From positions 1 to 38,254 of the forward strand of contig CBDVEQ010000002.1 in the NCBI GenBank assembly GCA_965373045.1: a stretch of DNA of 38,254 bases. The letters are read 5' to 3'. Position numbers and translations under genes: made by a program. Below, in pieces: positions 8,772 to 16,760 of the stretch. The notes beneath the pieces are model-generated. The model saw nothing but the letters and a program-made list of their open reading frames with translations, made no database searches and was not told the DNA's origin. The stretch comes from an uncultured bacterium (GTDB lineage Bacteria > Acidobacteriota > Aminicenantia > Aminicenantales > Aminicenantaceae). Position 1 is the first letter of the stretch, and each line of letters starts with the position of its first letter.

Positions 8772-9896
8772 TCACAATTGTTTCTGGTAGACACGGAACT
8801 TTTTATACAATTCGCCGCCAGCCTTCAGCATCCCGCCGCGTACCTTGACATTGCTTTCCAGTTCATGATGGGTATCCATAAACTCGATCCCTGCCTCCCG
8901 GGCCGCCAGGATCATCTTCACCCCCATCAGGACATCCAGGCCCCTGCCCCTGTACACTTCCCTGATTCCCCCAAGTAATAGATCCAGTTGTTTTGAGCGC
9001 TTGGAAGCACGAAGGATCTTTAAAAAACCAAACGGAAACAGTCTTCCGCGTGCCTCCCTTATCCCTTCAGTCATATCCGGCATCCCGATAAAAAAAGCAA
9101 CGATCTCGCCATCAACCAGGATCCCTTTGACAAAACGCGGATTAAGGACGGGAAGGTATTTTTTTGCCAGGGCTTTCATCTCGTTTTCTGAAAGAGGCGT
9201 ATATCCATAGATATTTCCATCGAGAAAACATTCGTTCATAAGCTTTAAAACAGGCACGATCCAGGGCTTTATCTCTTTTTTTGTCTTAAATTCCAGAATT
9301 TCATACTTGCCCTTTCTTTGAGCTCTTTCAAATATCTTGTTTAAAAACTCCGGTATTTCCTCGGGGATATCGATCTTGTACACGAAATAATCAACATCTT
9401 TTATGTATCCCATCTTTTCAATAAAACGAGGCATCCATTCAAAATTATAGTAAGTAGCGATCGTGGCATGATGCTCAAATCCCTCAATAATAAATCCATT
9501 GGGGTCCTGGTCCGTGAAACCATAAGGACCAATGATCCTGGTCATTCCTTTGCCCTTGGCCCATTTTTCTATAAAAGAAAGGAGCGTTCTAACAGCCTCT
9601 TCCTCTTCAAACGTTTCCAGATAACAAAACCGGGCTGTTTTTTCGCCTTTCAATTCGTTGAACCGGCGATTGATGATTCCCATGCAACGACCGACAATAC
9701 GATCTCCTTTGTAAGCCAGCAGAAGGATGGCGTCACAGTAGGAAAAGGCCATGTTTTTTTTCGGATTAAAATAAGCTTTTTCGTCCATGTATATGGGCGG
9801 AGTCCAGTTTTTACGGTCTTTATGGATCTTCTCGGGCAAATAAATAAAGTTTTTCAGGTCCTTCTTTGATTCAACTTGTTTTATACGTATTTCCAT
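8772..9896 (-). CDS. Uncharacterised double-GNAT-like acyltransferase family protein
   Basis: 374-aa ORF. The N-terminus (MEIRIKQVESKKDLKNFIYLPEKIHKDRKNWTPPIY ... GDRIVGRCMGIIN ... IIGPYGFTDQDPNGFIIEGFE) resembles a widespread uncharacterised GNAT-fold family. The function call is by resemblance only. Confidence 0.6.
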   Translation of the reverse strand: MEIRIKQVESKKDLKNFIYLPEKIHKDRKNWTPPIYMDEKAYFNPKKNMAFSYCDAILLLAYKGDRIVGRCMGIINRRFNELKGEKTARFCYLETFEEEEAVRTLLSFIEKWAKGKGMTRIIGPYGFTDQDPNGFIIEGFEHHATIATYYNFEWMPRFIEKMGYIKDVDYFVYKIDIPEEIPEFLNKIFERAQRKGKYEILEFKTKKEIKPWIVPVLKLMNECFLDGNIYGYTPLSENEMKALAKKYLPVLNPRFVKGILVDGEIVAFFIGMPDMTEGIREARGRLFPFGFLKILRASKRSKQLDLLLGGIREVYRGRGLDVLMGVKMILAAREAGIEFMDTHHELESNVKVRGGMLKAGGELYKKFRVYQKQL

Positions 9897-10027
9897 AATG
9901 GTTTTTCTCTTTCTGTTAGAGATTTTTCAAATTATTCTTTGTTTATCCTATATTACACCTTCTCCTAAAATCAACCAAAAAAGTTTTTTTTTCATAGCCT
10001 GACAGGGGTTGACAAAGGCGGGGGAGA

Positions 10028-11389
10028 ATGAATAAACTTGATAATCTTCTTTTCCCACACAAAGCAAATATGAGAACAAAAACATTTCCACGTGGAATCC
10101 ATCCCCCGGAATTCAAAGATCTTTCCAAAGACAAGGCTTTCGAGGTTCTGCCCGCTCCTGAAAAAGTAGTGATTCCTCTTCTCCAGCATTTTGGCGCCCC
10201 GGCAAAACCGATTGTTAAAAAGGGCGATGAGGTTTTTTTGGGCCAAAAGATCGGGGAGGCCCCGGCGCTTTTTTCTGCAGATGTTCACTCCAGTGTTTCC
10301 GGAAAGGTCCTGTCTGTGGATGGATATATGCATCCTCTGGGAAAAACATTGCTTGCCGTGACCATTCAAAACGATGGTGAAGACCGGCCTATTGCAAAAA
10401 TGGAAACCCCTCGGGATCCCTTGGCCCTGGATACAGACATTATCCGAAAAAAAGTCAAAGAGGCGGGAATTGTAGGCCTGGGAGGAGCCGCTTTTCCCAC
10501 AGCAATAAAACTGACCCCTCCAAAGGACAAACCTATTGACATTGTTCTCCTTAATGGATGTGAATGTGAGCCGTTTCTAACCGCAGACTACAGGCTGATG
10601 CTGGAATATCCCGAGGATATTTTAAATGGGGCCGAGCTTGTCCGTAAAACAACAGGGGCCGAGCATCTAATCGTCGGCATTGAGGATAACAAAAAAGATG
10701 CTTATCAATTATTAAAAGACTCCGCTCAAAATTCAACCACAGAAATCGCGCTTGTGAAGACAAAATATCCTCAGGGTGCTGAAAAAAATCTGATTTCCGC
10801 TCTGCTGGGAAGAGAAGTGCCCAGGGGAGGGCTTCCTTTTGACGTTGGGGTTGTGGTCCAAAACGTGGCGACAGCCAAGGCCCTCTGGGATGCAGTTTCC
10901 TCCGGTAAACCTCTGTATGAAAGACCCCTGACGGTTTCAGGCACGGGAATTAAAAAGCCTAAAAATCTTATCGTCCGGATCGGCACATCATTCCAGGAGG
11001 TTGCCGATTTCTGCGGTGGCATTCATGACGAGGCTGACACTCTCGTTATGGGTGGACCCATGATGGGCCTTTCCCAATGGACGCTGGAAATTCCGGTTAT
11101 TAAGGGAACGTCTGGAATACTCGTATGGAAAGCAAAAAAACCGCCCAAAGAATTTGCATGTGTTCAATGCTCTCGATGTGTCGATCACTGTCCCATGGGT
11201 CTTGTCCCAACTCAGCTTATGAAGAAAGTCAAATACGATTTTCTGGATGACGCCGAAGCCTGGGGAATCCTCGATTGCGTGGAATGCGGGAGCTGCCAGT
11301 ACCTTTGTCCGGCCAACATCCCCCTGGTCCACTGGCTTCGCCTGGGAAAAAATAAAATCATCAGTTCAAAACGAAAAAAGAGCGCCTGA
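10028..11389 (+). CDS. rnfC: Rnf complex subunit C
   Basis: 453 aa with FPRGIHPPEFK near the N-terminus, GLGGAAFPT, and two 4Fe-4S motifs (CVQCSRCVDHCP and CVECGSCQYLCP). An alternative start is the ATG at 10070 (MRTKTF...). The stop overlaps the rnfD ATG (TGATG). Confidence 0.93.
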   Translation: MNKLDNLLFPHKANMRTKTFPRGIHPPEFKDLSKDKAFEVLPAPEKVVIPLLQHFGAPAKPIVKKGDEVFLGQKIGEAPALFSADVHSSVSGKVLSVDGYMHPLGKTLLAVTIQNDGEDRPIAKMETPRDPLALDTDIIRKKVKEAGIVGLGGAAFPTAIKLTPPKDKPIDIVLLNGCECEPFLTADYRLMLEYPEDILNGAELVRKTTGAEHLIVGIEDNKKDAYQLLKDSAQNSTTEIALVKTKYPQGAEKNLISALLGREVPRGGLPFDVGVVVQNVATAKALWDAVSSGKPLYERPLTVSGTGIKKPKNLIVRIGTSFQEVADFCGGIHDEADTLVMGGPMMGLSQWTLEIPVIKGTSGILVWKAKKPPKEFACVQCSRCVDHCPMGLVPTQLMKKVKYDFLDDAEAWGILDCVECGSCQYLCPANIPLVHWLRLGKNKIISSKRKKSA

Positions 11390-12363
11390 TGTCAGACAAA
11401 ACTTTTTTTATCAGATCATCCCCTCATCTAAGAGACAAGGATTCCGTCCCCAAAATCATGTATGTCGTCATTATCAGTTTGATGCCGGCAGCATTTGCGT
11501 CAATCTATTATTTCCGGATGAAAGCCGTTGCGTTGTACATCACCTGCCTGGTCGTGTCTTTAGCAACCGAAGCGATCTTCCTCTGGTTGAGGAAAAAACC
11601 TATGAATTCTCTCTGGGACGGATCTACCGTGATCACCGCTCTTCTTCTGGCCATGATTCTCCCGCCATCTATTTCCCTGGATTCAGCCGCCATTGGAGCC
11701 GTTGTCGCTATCGGTCTTGGAAAACAGGTTTTCGGAGGACTGGGTTATAATATTTTTAACCCGGCATTAGTCGGAAGAGCATTCCTGCAAACCGCATTTC
11801 CTGTGGCAATGACTACCTGGGTGCCGACCGCCGCGCTTAAAGTTAATACTGCCACATTTGCCACCCCGTTGGGCGCCCTGAAATTCGAGAACGCCGTCGC
11901 CCAGGGGACCCTTACTTCTGTAAAAGATCTTTTTTCCGGAAACATCGGTGGTTCGCTTGGAGAAACATCGGCTCTTGCTCTTCTTATCGGCGCTGTTATT
12001 CTTCTCTGCAAACGAACCATCGACTGGCGAATTCCAACCGGGATTATTGGAACTATGACTATTTTTACGGGAATATTCTGGCTTGCCGAACCGGGAAAAT
12101 ACGCCTCCCCTTTGTTCCATATCCTGGCAGGCGGCCTCCTGATAGGAGCCTTTTTTATGGCTACGGACATTGTAACTTCTCCTGTCACACCAAAGGGAAC
12201 ATGGATCTATGCGGTTGGAATCGGCTTGATGGCAGGACTGGTTCGTCTTTTCGGCGGATTCCCGGAAGGAGTCATGTACTCCATCCTGTTCATGAACATG
12301 TTCGTTCCCCTTCTCAACCGCTACGCCAGGCCGCGCATTCTGGGACAGAGGAGGGCAAAATGA
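11389..12363 (+). CDS. rnfD: Rnf complex subunit D
   Basis: 324-aa polytopic membrane protein (SSPHLRDKDSV..., FNPALVGRAF). TFATPLG is a candidate FMN-attachment Thr context. The stop overlaps the rnfG ATG (ATGA). Confidence 0.93.
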   Translation: MSDKTFFIRSSPHLRDKDSVPKIMYVVIISLMPAAFASIYYFRMKAVALYITCLVVSLATEAIFLWLRKKPMNSLWDGSTVITALLLAMILPPSISLDSAAIGAVVAIGLGKQVFGGLGYNIFNPALVGRAFLQTAFPVAMTTWVPTAALKVNTATFATPLGALKFENAVAQGTLTSVKDLFSGNIGGSLGETSALALLIGAVILLCKRTIDWRIPTGIIGTMTIFTGIFWLAEPGKYASPLFHILAGGLLIGAFFMATDIVTSPVTPKGTWIYAVGIGLMAGLVRLFGGFPEGVMYSILFMNMFVPLLNRYARPRILGQRRAK

Positions 12364-12962
12364 ATCTTTCGACACGCATGGTCCTCGTTCTGACCACCGT
12401 CGGCATTATCTCCGGCGGAATGCTGGCCACGGTCGGTATGTTAACGCAGGAACAGATCGAAAAGAATAAACAGAGGGAGATCAAGGCCGCCATATCCCAG
12501 GTCATTCCCGGCACCAAAGACAGCGGGATCCTGTTCGAGGAAGAAGACCTGATCGTATACGGCGGCAACGATGAAACCGGAACTCTTATTGGATTCGCAG
12601 TCCTGGTTTCAGGAACCGGTTTTCAGGACAAAATCAAGCTCATGTATGGTATGAATCAAGAAATGACAAAAATCAACCGCCTGGCTGTACTCGAGCAAAA
12701 AGAAACTCCCGGGCTGGGAGCGAAAATCGCCTCCCAAGAATCGTTTCTGCAATTCTGGGAGAATAAAGACAGCTCCGGCACTCTGAGGCTGCGTAAGCCT
12801 GCAGCCGGTTCTTCTGAGTTAGCCGCTTCAGAAGTCAATACGATCACCGGGGCCACGATCTCTGCTGAAAAAGTACTGGAAATTGTCAACCTTTCTCTTG
12901 ATAAGGTCAAGAGGCTGAAAAAAGAGGGCAGACTCAAAAAAGAGGATGGTCATGGCAGCTAA
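12360..12962 (+). CDS. rnfG: Rnf complex subunit G (FMN-binding)
   Basis: The ORF opens at 12201, but the ATG at 12360 gives MNLSTRMVLVLTTVGIISGG (N-terminal TM helix) and overlaps the rnfD stop. KETPGLGAK and the flavinylation-type motif TITGATIS (TGAT at 12846..12857) are present. Confidence 0.9.
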   Translation: MNLSTRMVLVLTTVGIISGGMLATVGMLTQEQIEKNKQREIKAAISQVIPGTKDSGILFEEEDLIVYGGNDETGTLIGFAVLVSGTGFQDKIKLMYGMNQEMTKINRLAVLEQKETPGLGAKIASQESFLQFWENKDSSGTLRLRKPAAGSSELAASEVNTITGATISAEKVLEIVNLSLDKVKRLKKEGRLKKEDGHGS

Positions 12963-13563
12963 AAGCATTGCGCAGGAATATCTCAAAGGACTCTGGGATG
13001 AAAACCCGGTCTTCCGCCAATTATTGGGACTGTGCCCAACCCTTGCCGTAACAAACGCGGTTATTAACGGCATTGCCATGGGCCTGGCAACCACCTTTGT
13101 GCTCATCATCAGCTCGGTCGTTGTGGCTTCCATTAAAAAACTGATCCCCAGCCAGGTCAGAATAGCCAGCTATATTGTGATCATCGCTACTTTTGTAACC
13201 GTGGCAGACCGGTTTCTTGCCGCGTATTTTTTTCAGATCTCCAAGAGCCTGGGGCCTTATATCCCTCTGATCGTTGTGAACTGTATTATTCTTGGCCGGC
13301 AGGAAGCCTTTTCTTCTAAGAATTCGGTCGGCCGGTCATTTGTAGATGCTCTTGGGATGAGCACTGGTTTTGTCCTGGCCCTTCTTATCTTGAGCGGCAT
13401 AAGAGAAATACTGGGAATGGGAACATTTTTGGGCTATCAGGTCATGGGCGCATGGTTTAAACCCTGGATCATCATGATCCTCCCGGCCGGAGCATTCATA
13501 ACGCTGGGAATATTAATCGCTGTTGCCCTTTTGATCGAACAGAAAACAAAATCAAGGAGTTAA
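12946..13563 (+). CDS. rnfE: Rnf complex subunit E
   Basis: 205-aa membrane protein with NPVFRQLLGLCPTLAVTN, typical of RnfE/NqrD. Confidence 0.92.
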   Translation: MVMAAKSIAQEYLKGLWDENPVFRQLLGLCPTLAVTNAVINGIAMGLATTFVLIISSVVVASIKKLIPSQVRIASYIVIIATFVTVADRFLAAYFFQISKSLGPYIPLIVVNCIILGRQEAFSSKNSVGRSFVDALGMSTGFVLALLILSGIREILGMGTFLGYQVMGAWFKPWIIMILPAGAFITLGILIAVALLIEQKTKSRS

Positions 13564-13567
13564 AAGA

Positions 13568-14143
13568 GTGGAGCTTCTTGCGCTATTTATATCAGCAATA
13601 CTAATCAATAACTTTGTCCTCTATTATTTTCTGGGGATCTGCCCCTTCCTGGGCGTCAGCAAAAAGATCGACTCCGCTCTCTCAATGGGCCTGGCCGTTA
13701 CATTCGTTATGACCATCACAGCCGTGGTTTCCTGGATTATCAATCACTGGATCCTTATCCCTTACAAGCTGGATTATCTTCAGATCGTTTCTTTCATCCT
13801 GGTTATTGCCTCTCTTGTCCAGCTGGTGGAAATGTTCATACGAAAGGCCAGTCCGGCACTTTATCAGGCTCTGGGAATCTATCTTCCTCTCATCACAACC
13901 AACTGCGCCATCATGGGATTGGCACTGCTCGCAGCGTTGAAGAATTTCTCCTTTCTCAAAACAGTCATTTTCGGAGTCGGCTCCGGGCTTGGATTCACCC
14001 TGGCCATTGTCCTTATGGCCGGTATTCGGGAGCAGCTAGACCTGTCTGATGTGCCGAAGCCCTTGAAAGGAGCCGGAATCGCCCTGATCGTCGCAGGGAT
14101 TATGGCCCTGGCCTTTCAGGGATTTTCGGGAATGATAAAATGA
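13568..14143 (+). CDS. rnfA: Rnf complex subunit A
   Basis: 191-aa membrane protein with NNFVLYYFLGICPFLGVSKK. It has a GTG start, with AAGGAG 8 nt upstream. Confidence 0.92.
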   Translation: MELLALFISAILINNFVLYYFLGICPFLGVSKKIDSALSMGLAVTFVMTITAVVSWIINHWILIPYKLDYLQIVSFILVIASLVQLVEMFIRKASPALYQALGIYLPLITTNCAIMGLALLAALKNFSFLKTVIFGVGSGLGFTLAIVLMAGIREQLDLSDVPKPLKGAGIALIVAGIMALAFQGFSGMIK

Positions 14144-14952
14144 TGAATATTGCAATTCCTGTTCTTACCATGGCCGCCCTGGGCTTCGTTTTTGCCCTTG
14201 GGCTGGCCTTCGCTTATAAAAAGCTAAAAGTCGAAGAAGATCCGAAAATCGAGATGGTATTTGAGCTCCTTCCTCTGACAAATTGCGCCGCCTGCGGGTT
14301 TTCAGGATGTCACGCCTTCGCTGTTGCCGTTGTCAAAGGCGAGGCTGAACCAAACAGCTGCCCAGTCGGAGGCGAGGAGGTGGCAATAAACATCGCGGAT
14401 GCCCTTGGTATTTCCGCCGGAGAAGTCATCAGAAAAGTGGCCCGCCTCCATTGTCGCGGCAACCACGAGGCAGCAAAAACCCGCGGCCAATATCTCGGGA
14501 TCCCCTCCTGCGCCGCTTCTCATCTGGTCGGGGGGAATAATCAGTGTTCTTTTGGCTGTATGGGATTCGGTGACTGTGTTGATGCCTGTATGTTCGGCGC
14601 TATGTATATGGGGAACGACGGCCTTCCGGTGATCCTCGAAGAGAAATGCACCTCCTGTGGAAAATGTGTGGACGCCTGCCCGCGCGGGATTATTGAACTT
14701 CTTCCCATCGCTCAGAATATCATGGTTTTTTGCCAATCGCTCGATTCGGGCAAAACAGCAAGAAAAGTCTGTAAAAATGCCTGTATTGCCTGTGGAATTT
14801 GTGCCAGGGCGTGCCCTGAAGGCATTATTATGAAAAACAATCTTGCCAAGATCACCGACCAAACAAAAATATCACCGGAACAGATACCTGCCATCGAAAA
14901 ATGTCCAACCAAGTCTATCGGCCGGATACATAAAGAAGAACATGAAAGATAA
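14140..14952 (+). CDS. rnfB: Rnf complex subunit B (polyferredoxin)
   Basis: 270 aa with an N-terminal TM helix, the CAACGFSGCHAF cluster motif, and further Cys clusters including CTSCGKCVDACP and CIACGICARACP. Confidence 0.92.
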   Translation: MMNIAIPVLTMAALGFVFALGLAFAYKKLKVEEDPKIEMVFELLPLTNCAACGFSGCHAFAVAVVKGEAEPNSCPVGGEEVAINIADALGISAGEVIRKVARLHCRGNHEAAKTRGQYLGIPSCAASHLVGGNNQCSFGCMGFGDCVDACMFGAMYMGNDGLPVILEEKCTSCGKCVDACPRGIIELLPIAQNIMVFCQSLDSGKTARKVCKNACIACGICARACPEGIIMKNNLAKITDQTKISPEQIPAIEKCPTKSIGRIHKEEHER

Positions 14953-15382
14953 AGGGCTCGTCCTCTCGACAAACAAGGATCTCGCCAAGGTCGAGGTCCG
15001 CTGCCTTACTGTCTGCCATGATTGTCCCGCTCATGCCCTGTGCCTCGGGCGCAGCGTATCAAAAGGCCTTCTCTCGGTTAAAAATCCGGTGAGCGCATCT
15101 CCCGGAGACCAGGTGGCCATCGAAGTACCAGAGGAAAAGTACAGTAAATCCCTGATCGTCCTTTTTGGTGGCCTTCTGGCGGCAGCCCTACTTGGCCTGG
15201 CAGCAGGATATTTTATATCCCTTCTTACGGCCCTTCCAGCAGAGCCGGTAGGAATCACAGGGCTCCTGATAGGAATCATTGCCGGAATCGGGCTTCTGAC
15301 AAAATATTTCCACAATGAAAACAAAAGAAATCTTTATCCTTTTATCACAGAAATCATAAGAAAAGGAGACCGTCATGGATAG
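14942..15382 (+). CDS. RseC/MucC-family protein (SoxR-reducing-system type) associated with Rnf
   Basis: The ORF opens at 14843. The ATG at 14942 gives MKDKGLVLSTNKDLAKVEVRCLTVCHDCPAHALC (N-terminal Cys motif) followed by two hydrophobic helices, which is the RseC architecture. It overlaps the rnfB stop by 11 nt. Confidence 0.8.
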   Translation: MKDKGLVLSTNKDLAKVEVRCLTVCHDCPAHALCLGRSVSKGLLSVKNPVSASPGDQVAIEVPEEKYSKSLIVLFGGLLAAALLGLAAGYFISLLTALPAEPVGITGLLIGIIAGIGLLTKYFHNENKRNLYPFITEIIRKGDRHG

Positions 15383-16112
15383 ACGCAGTTTTTTTAAGAC
15401 AATTATGACAACATCCCTCCTGGCGCCAATTCTTCTGGCCTCAAAAAAAACCGATAATGAATTAGAGCTTTATTTAATCGCTGACAATCCTCAAGACTAT
15501 ATACCCATCCTGCTCAGGGAGCTGGGCCGCCATACAAACTTTTCGGAAAGGACCTACATCTTCCTGACTTCACATCCACATAGTGATGAGCTTTCAAAAA
15601 TTCTAGCTGTGAATGGATGGTCTTATGAGCGTGCTCCCCACAAGGCTCATATGGCTCTTTCCTTCAGCCCTCTTCAAAGCAAGGCCTGCCCTTCTTTTAC
15701 TCTGGTGAAAGAAGGGCGAGTAATCGACATCCGGTCCAACAAACTCCGGGCGCTCTGGAAAGAGATGAATCAACCCCTGTCTTTTTCAACCTGCCTGACA
15801 ACGGCCTCCATTCGCCGTTCCCGGAAACCGCTCCAGAGAGGGACACATGTTGTCGTTTATAATGGTGGATCCAAGGCCGCTGTTCTCGCCTTGGATAAAG
15901 AAAGCCTTCAAACATTCCGCTCCAGAGAGGGCCTTATCACGGTAAAAATTGCAAGCGGGAAGGCCTGGGTAGAGGAATCCTCCTGCAGGAACAAGATCTG
16001 TGTCCATTCACAGCCTGTATCCCTGGCAGGAGAGCGGATTATCTGCGCCCCGAATCACTTTATGATATCGGTTATAGGTAATAGTGGCGCGGTTGACACT
16101 ATGATTGGCTAA
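15375..16112 (+). CDS. Twin-arginine-signal protein with an unknown N-domain and a C-terminal NusG-domain-II-like (DUF1312-type) domain
   Basis: 245 aa. The N-terminus MDRRSFFKTIMTTSLLAPILLA fits a Tat signal. The C-terminus (VVVYNGGSKAAVLALDKE...ITVKIASGKAWVEESSCRNKICVHSQPVSLAGERIICAPNHFMISVIG) matches the NusG_II pattern. A strong SD (AGGAGA) lies upstream, and the gene overlaps the rseC-like stop by 8 nt. Confidence 0.8.
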   Translation: MDRRSFFKTIMTTSLLAPILLASKKTDNELELYLIADNPQDYIPILLRELGRHTNFSERTYIFLTSHPHSDELSKILAVNGWSYERAPHKAHMALSFSPLQSKACPSFTLVKEGRVIDIRSNKLRALWKEMNQPLSFSTCLTTASIRRSRKPLQRGTHVVVYNGGSKAAVLALDKESLQTFRSREGLITVKIASGKAWVEESSCRNKICVHSQPVSLAGERIICAPNHFMISVIGNSGAVDTMIG

Positions 16113-16113
16113 T

Positions 16114-16125
16114 CTGAATTATTCA
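16114..16125 (+). repeat. CCTGRATTATTCA 3'-end motif copy
   Basis: CTGAATTATTCA begins 1 nt after the stop of the last rnf-operon gene and is followed by AAAAAATGCCGAT (repeat A fragment). Confidence 0.6.
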
Positions 16126-16234
16126 TAAAAAATGCCGATTCACATATTTATTTTGGATGGTCATAGTTTTCAATAAAGGATTTTGCCAGGGATAAATTGG
16201 GTGCTGAATACCATAGATCTTTAATAAATAAATC

Positions 16235-16263
16235 ATCGGCCTTTTTTACCCTTCGGGCGAGCC
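16235..16263. repeat. Dispersed repeat unit A, copy 1
   Basis: ATCGGCCTTTTTTACCCTTCGGGCGAGCC matches the reverse complement of 33256..33284 at 26 of 29 positions. It contains a CCC-TTC-GGG mini-hairpin and is bracketed by ATCGGC / GCCGAT. Confidence 0.8.
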
Positions 16264-16340
16264 GATCTCGCCGCAGTGGCTTCGTCGTGTTCCGCTCGCA
16301 GTATATTAATACAGCTTCACAAACCACTCCTCGCAGCTAC

Positions 16341-16368
16341 GGCAACCTCGACCCGTGAATAATCCAGG
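16341..16368. repeat. Dispersed repeat unit B, copy 1
   Basis: GGCAACCTCGACCCGTGAATAATCCAGG matches the reverse complement of 21864..21890 (GGCAGCCTCGACCCGTGAATAATCAGG), with one substitution and one 1-nt indel. Confidence 0.85.
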
Positions 16369-16397
16369 CACTTACTTCAATGAGCCCAAAGAACTGG

Positions 16398-16417
16398 ATT
16401 CCCACTTTCGTGGGAAT
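16398..16417. repeat. REP-like hairpin ATTCCCAC-TTTC-GTGGGAAT
   Basis: Perfect 8-bp stem with a 4-nt loop. The 3' flank GGGAATGAC recurs at 16707..16715. Confidence 0.7.
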
Positions 16418-16447
16418 GACGAATCCAATAAACTCTTCTCCCATTTT

Positions 16448-16459
16448 TTACTTTGGCCT
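16448..16459 (+). repeat. Direct repeat TTACTTTGGCCT, left copy
   Basis: An identical 12-mer recurs at 16719..16730. Both copies follow a GGGAATGAC...CTCTT context, and together they bracket the G+C-rich core. Confidence 0.7.
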
Positions 16460-16519
16460 TTGGCCCTTGGCCTATATATTAAATGACTTTGGGCTCTCTA
16501 TCTTTTCTCGCTGGCGAAG

Positions 16520-16678
16520 ATGAACATCAATCAAGCTAAAGGGAAGGAGAGGTGGTGCGGCGAAGGGGCTCCCCATCCGCCCGGAACGTAAGGGGTCCCA
16601 CGGGGGGATGGGTGGAAAGAGGACGGATGGGGAAGAGCCGTGACAGGACCCGTCCTTCCCCATGAGGCCAATGTTCAT
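16520..16678. other. Candidate structured RNA or long imperfect palindromic element; strand and class unknown
   Basis: Three nested perfect stems: ATGAACAT (16520-27) with ATGTTCAT (16671-78); GGGAAGGA (16541-48) with TCCTTCCC (16653-60); TCCCCATCCG (16570-79) with CGGATGGGGA (16624-33). An alternative 9-bp stem, ATGGGGAAG (16627-35) with CTTCCCCAT (16655-63), competes with these. The segment is visibly far more G+C-rich than its surroundings and has no convincing ORF. Confidence 0.35.
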
Positions 16679-16718
16679 GTCGAGACAAAAAAGATCAGAT
16701 TTGCACGGGAATGACCTC

Positions 16719-16730
16719 TTACTTTGGCCT
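16719..16730 (+). repeat. Direct repeat TTACTTTGGCCT, right copy
   Basis: Identical to 16448..16459. Confidence 0.7.
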
Positions 16731-16760
16731 ATTTTCTTTTCACTAGAACCCTAGAATCCT
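16731..16760. repeat. Dispersed repeat unit C, copy 1
   Basis: The reverse complement AGGATTCTAGGGTTCTAGTGAAAAGAAAAT matches 33318..33347 at 26 of 30 positions. The 15-nt core GAACCCTAGAATCCT is exact. Confidence 0.8.

Noticed and set aside
10009-10037. TTGACA-16/17-AATAAA/ATAAAC promoter-like sequence upstream of rnfC
   Set aside because: The -10 is weak and overlaps the ATG at 10028, which has its own purine-rich SD-like context (AAGGCGGGGGAGA). I cannot decide between this promoter with a 10070 start and a 10028 start with a promoter further upstream, so I did not call it.
11767-12375. 202-aa and 147-aa minus-strand ORFs inside rnfD; similar antisense ORFs at 10988..11332, 14302..14862, 12656..12937 and 15031..15324
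   Set aside because: All are embedded opposite well-supported rnf genes. They are rich in R/S/G/P, as expected from reading membrane-protein genes backwards, and they have no start context or motif.
16592-16632. G-quadruplex potential of the G-runs (GGGG...GGGGGG..GGG....GGGG)
   Set aside because: The fourth G-run is separated by a 16-nt loop, so the canonical G3+N1-7 pattern is not met. The same G-runs are better explained by Watson-Crick pairing with the adjacent C-tracts.
16472-16678. 68-aa minus-strand ORF across the G+C-rich core of the big spacer
   Set aside because: It is Pro/Gly/Ser-rich (…GSSPSVLFPPIPPWDPLRSGRMGSPFAAPPLLPF…) and is simply the translation of the purine/pyrimidine tracts that form the nested stems. 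It has no SD and no recognisable fold. I treat the region as non-coding.
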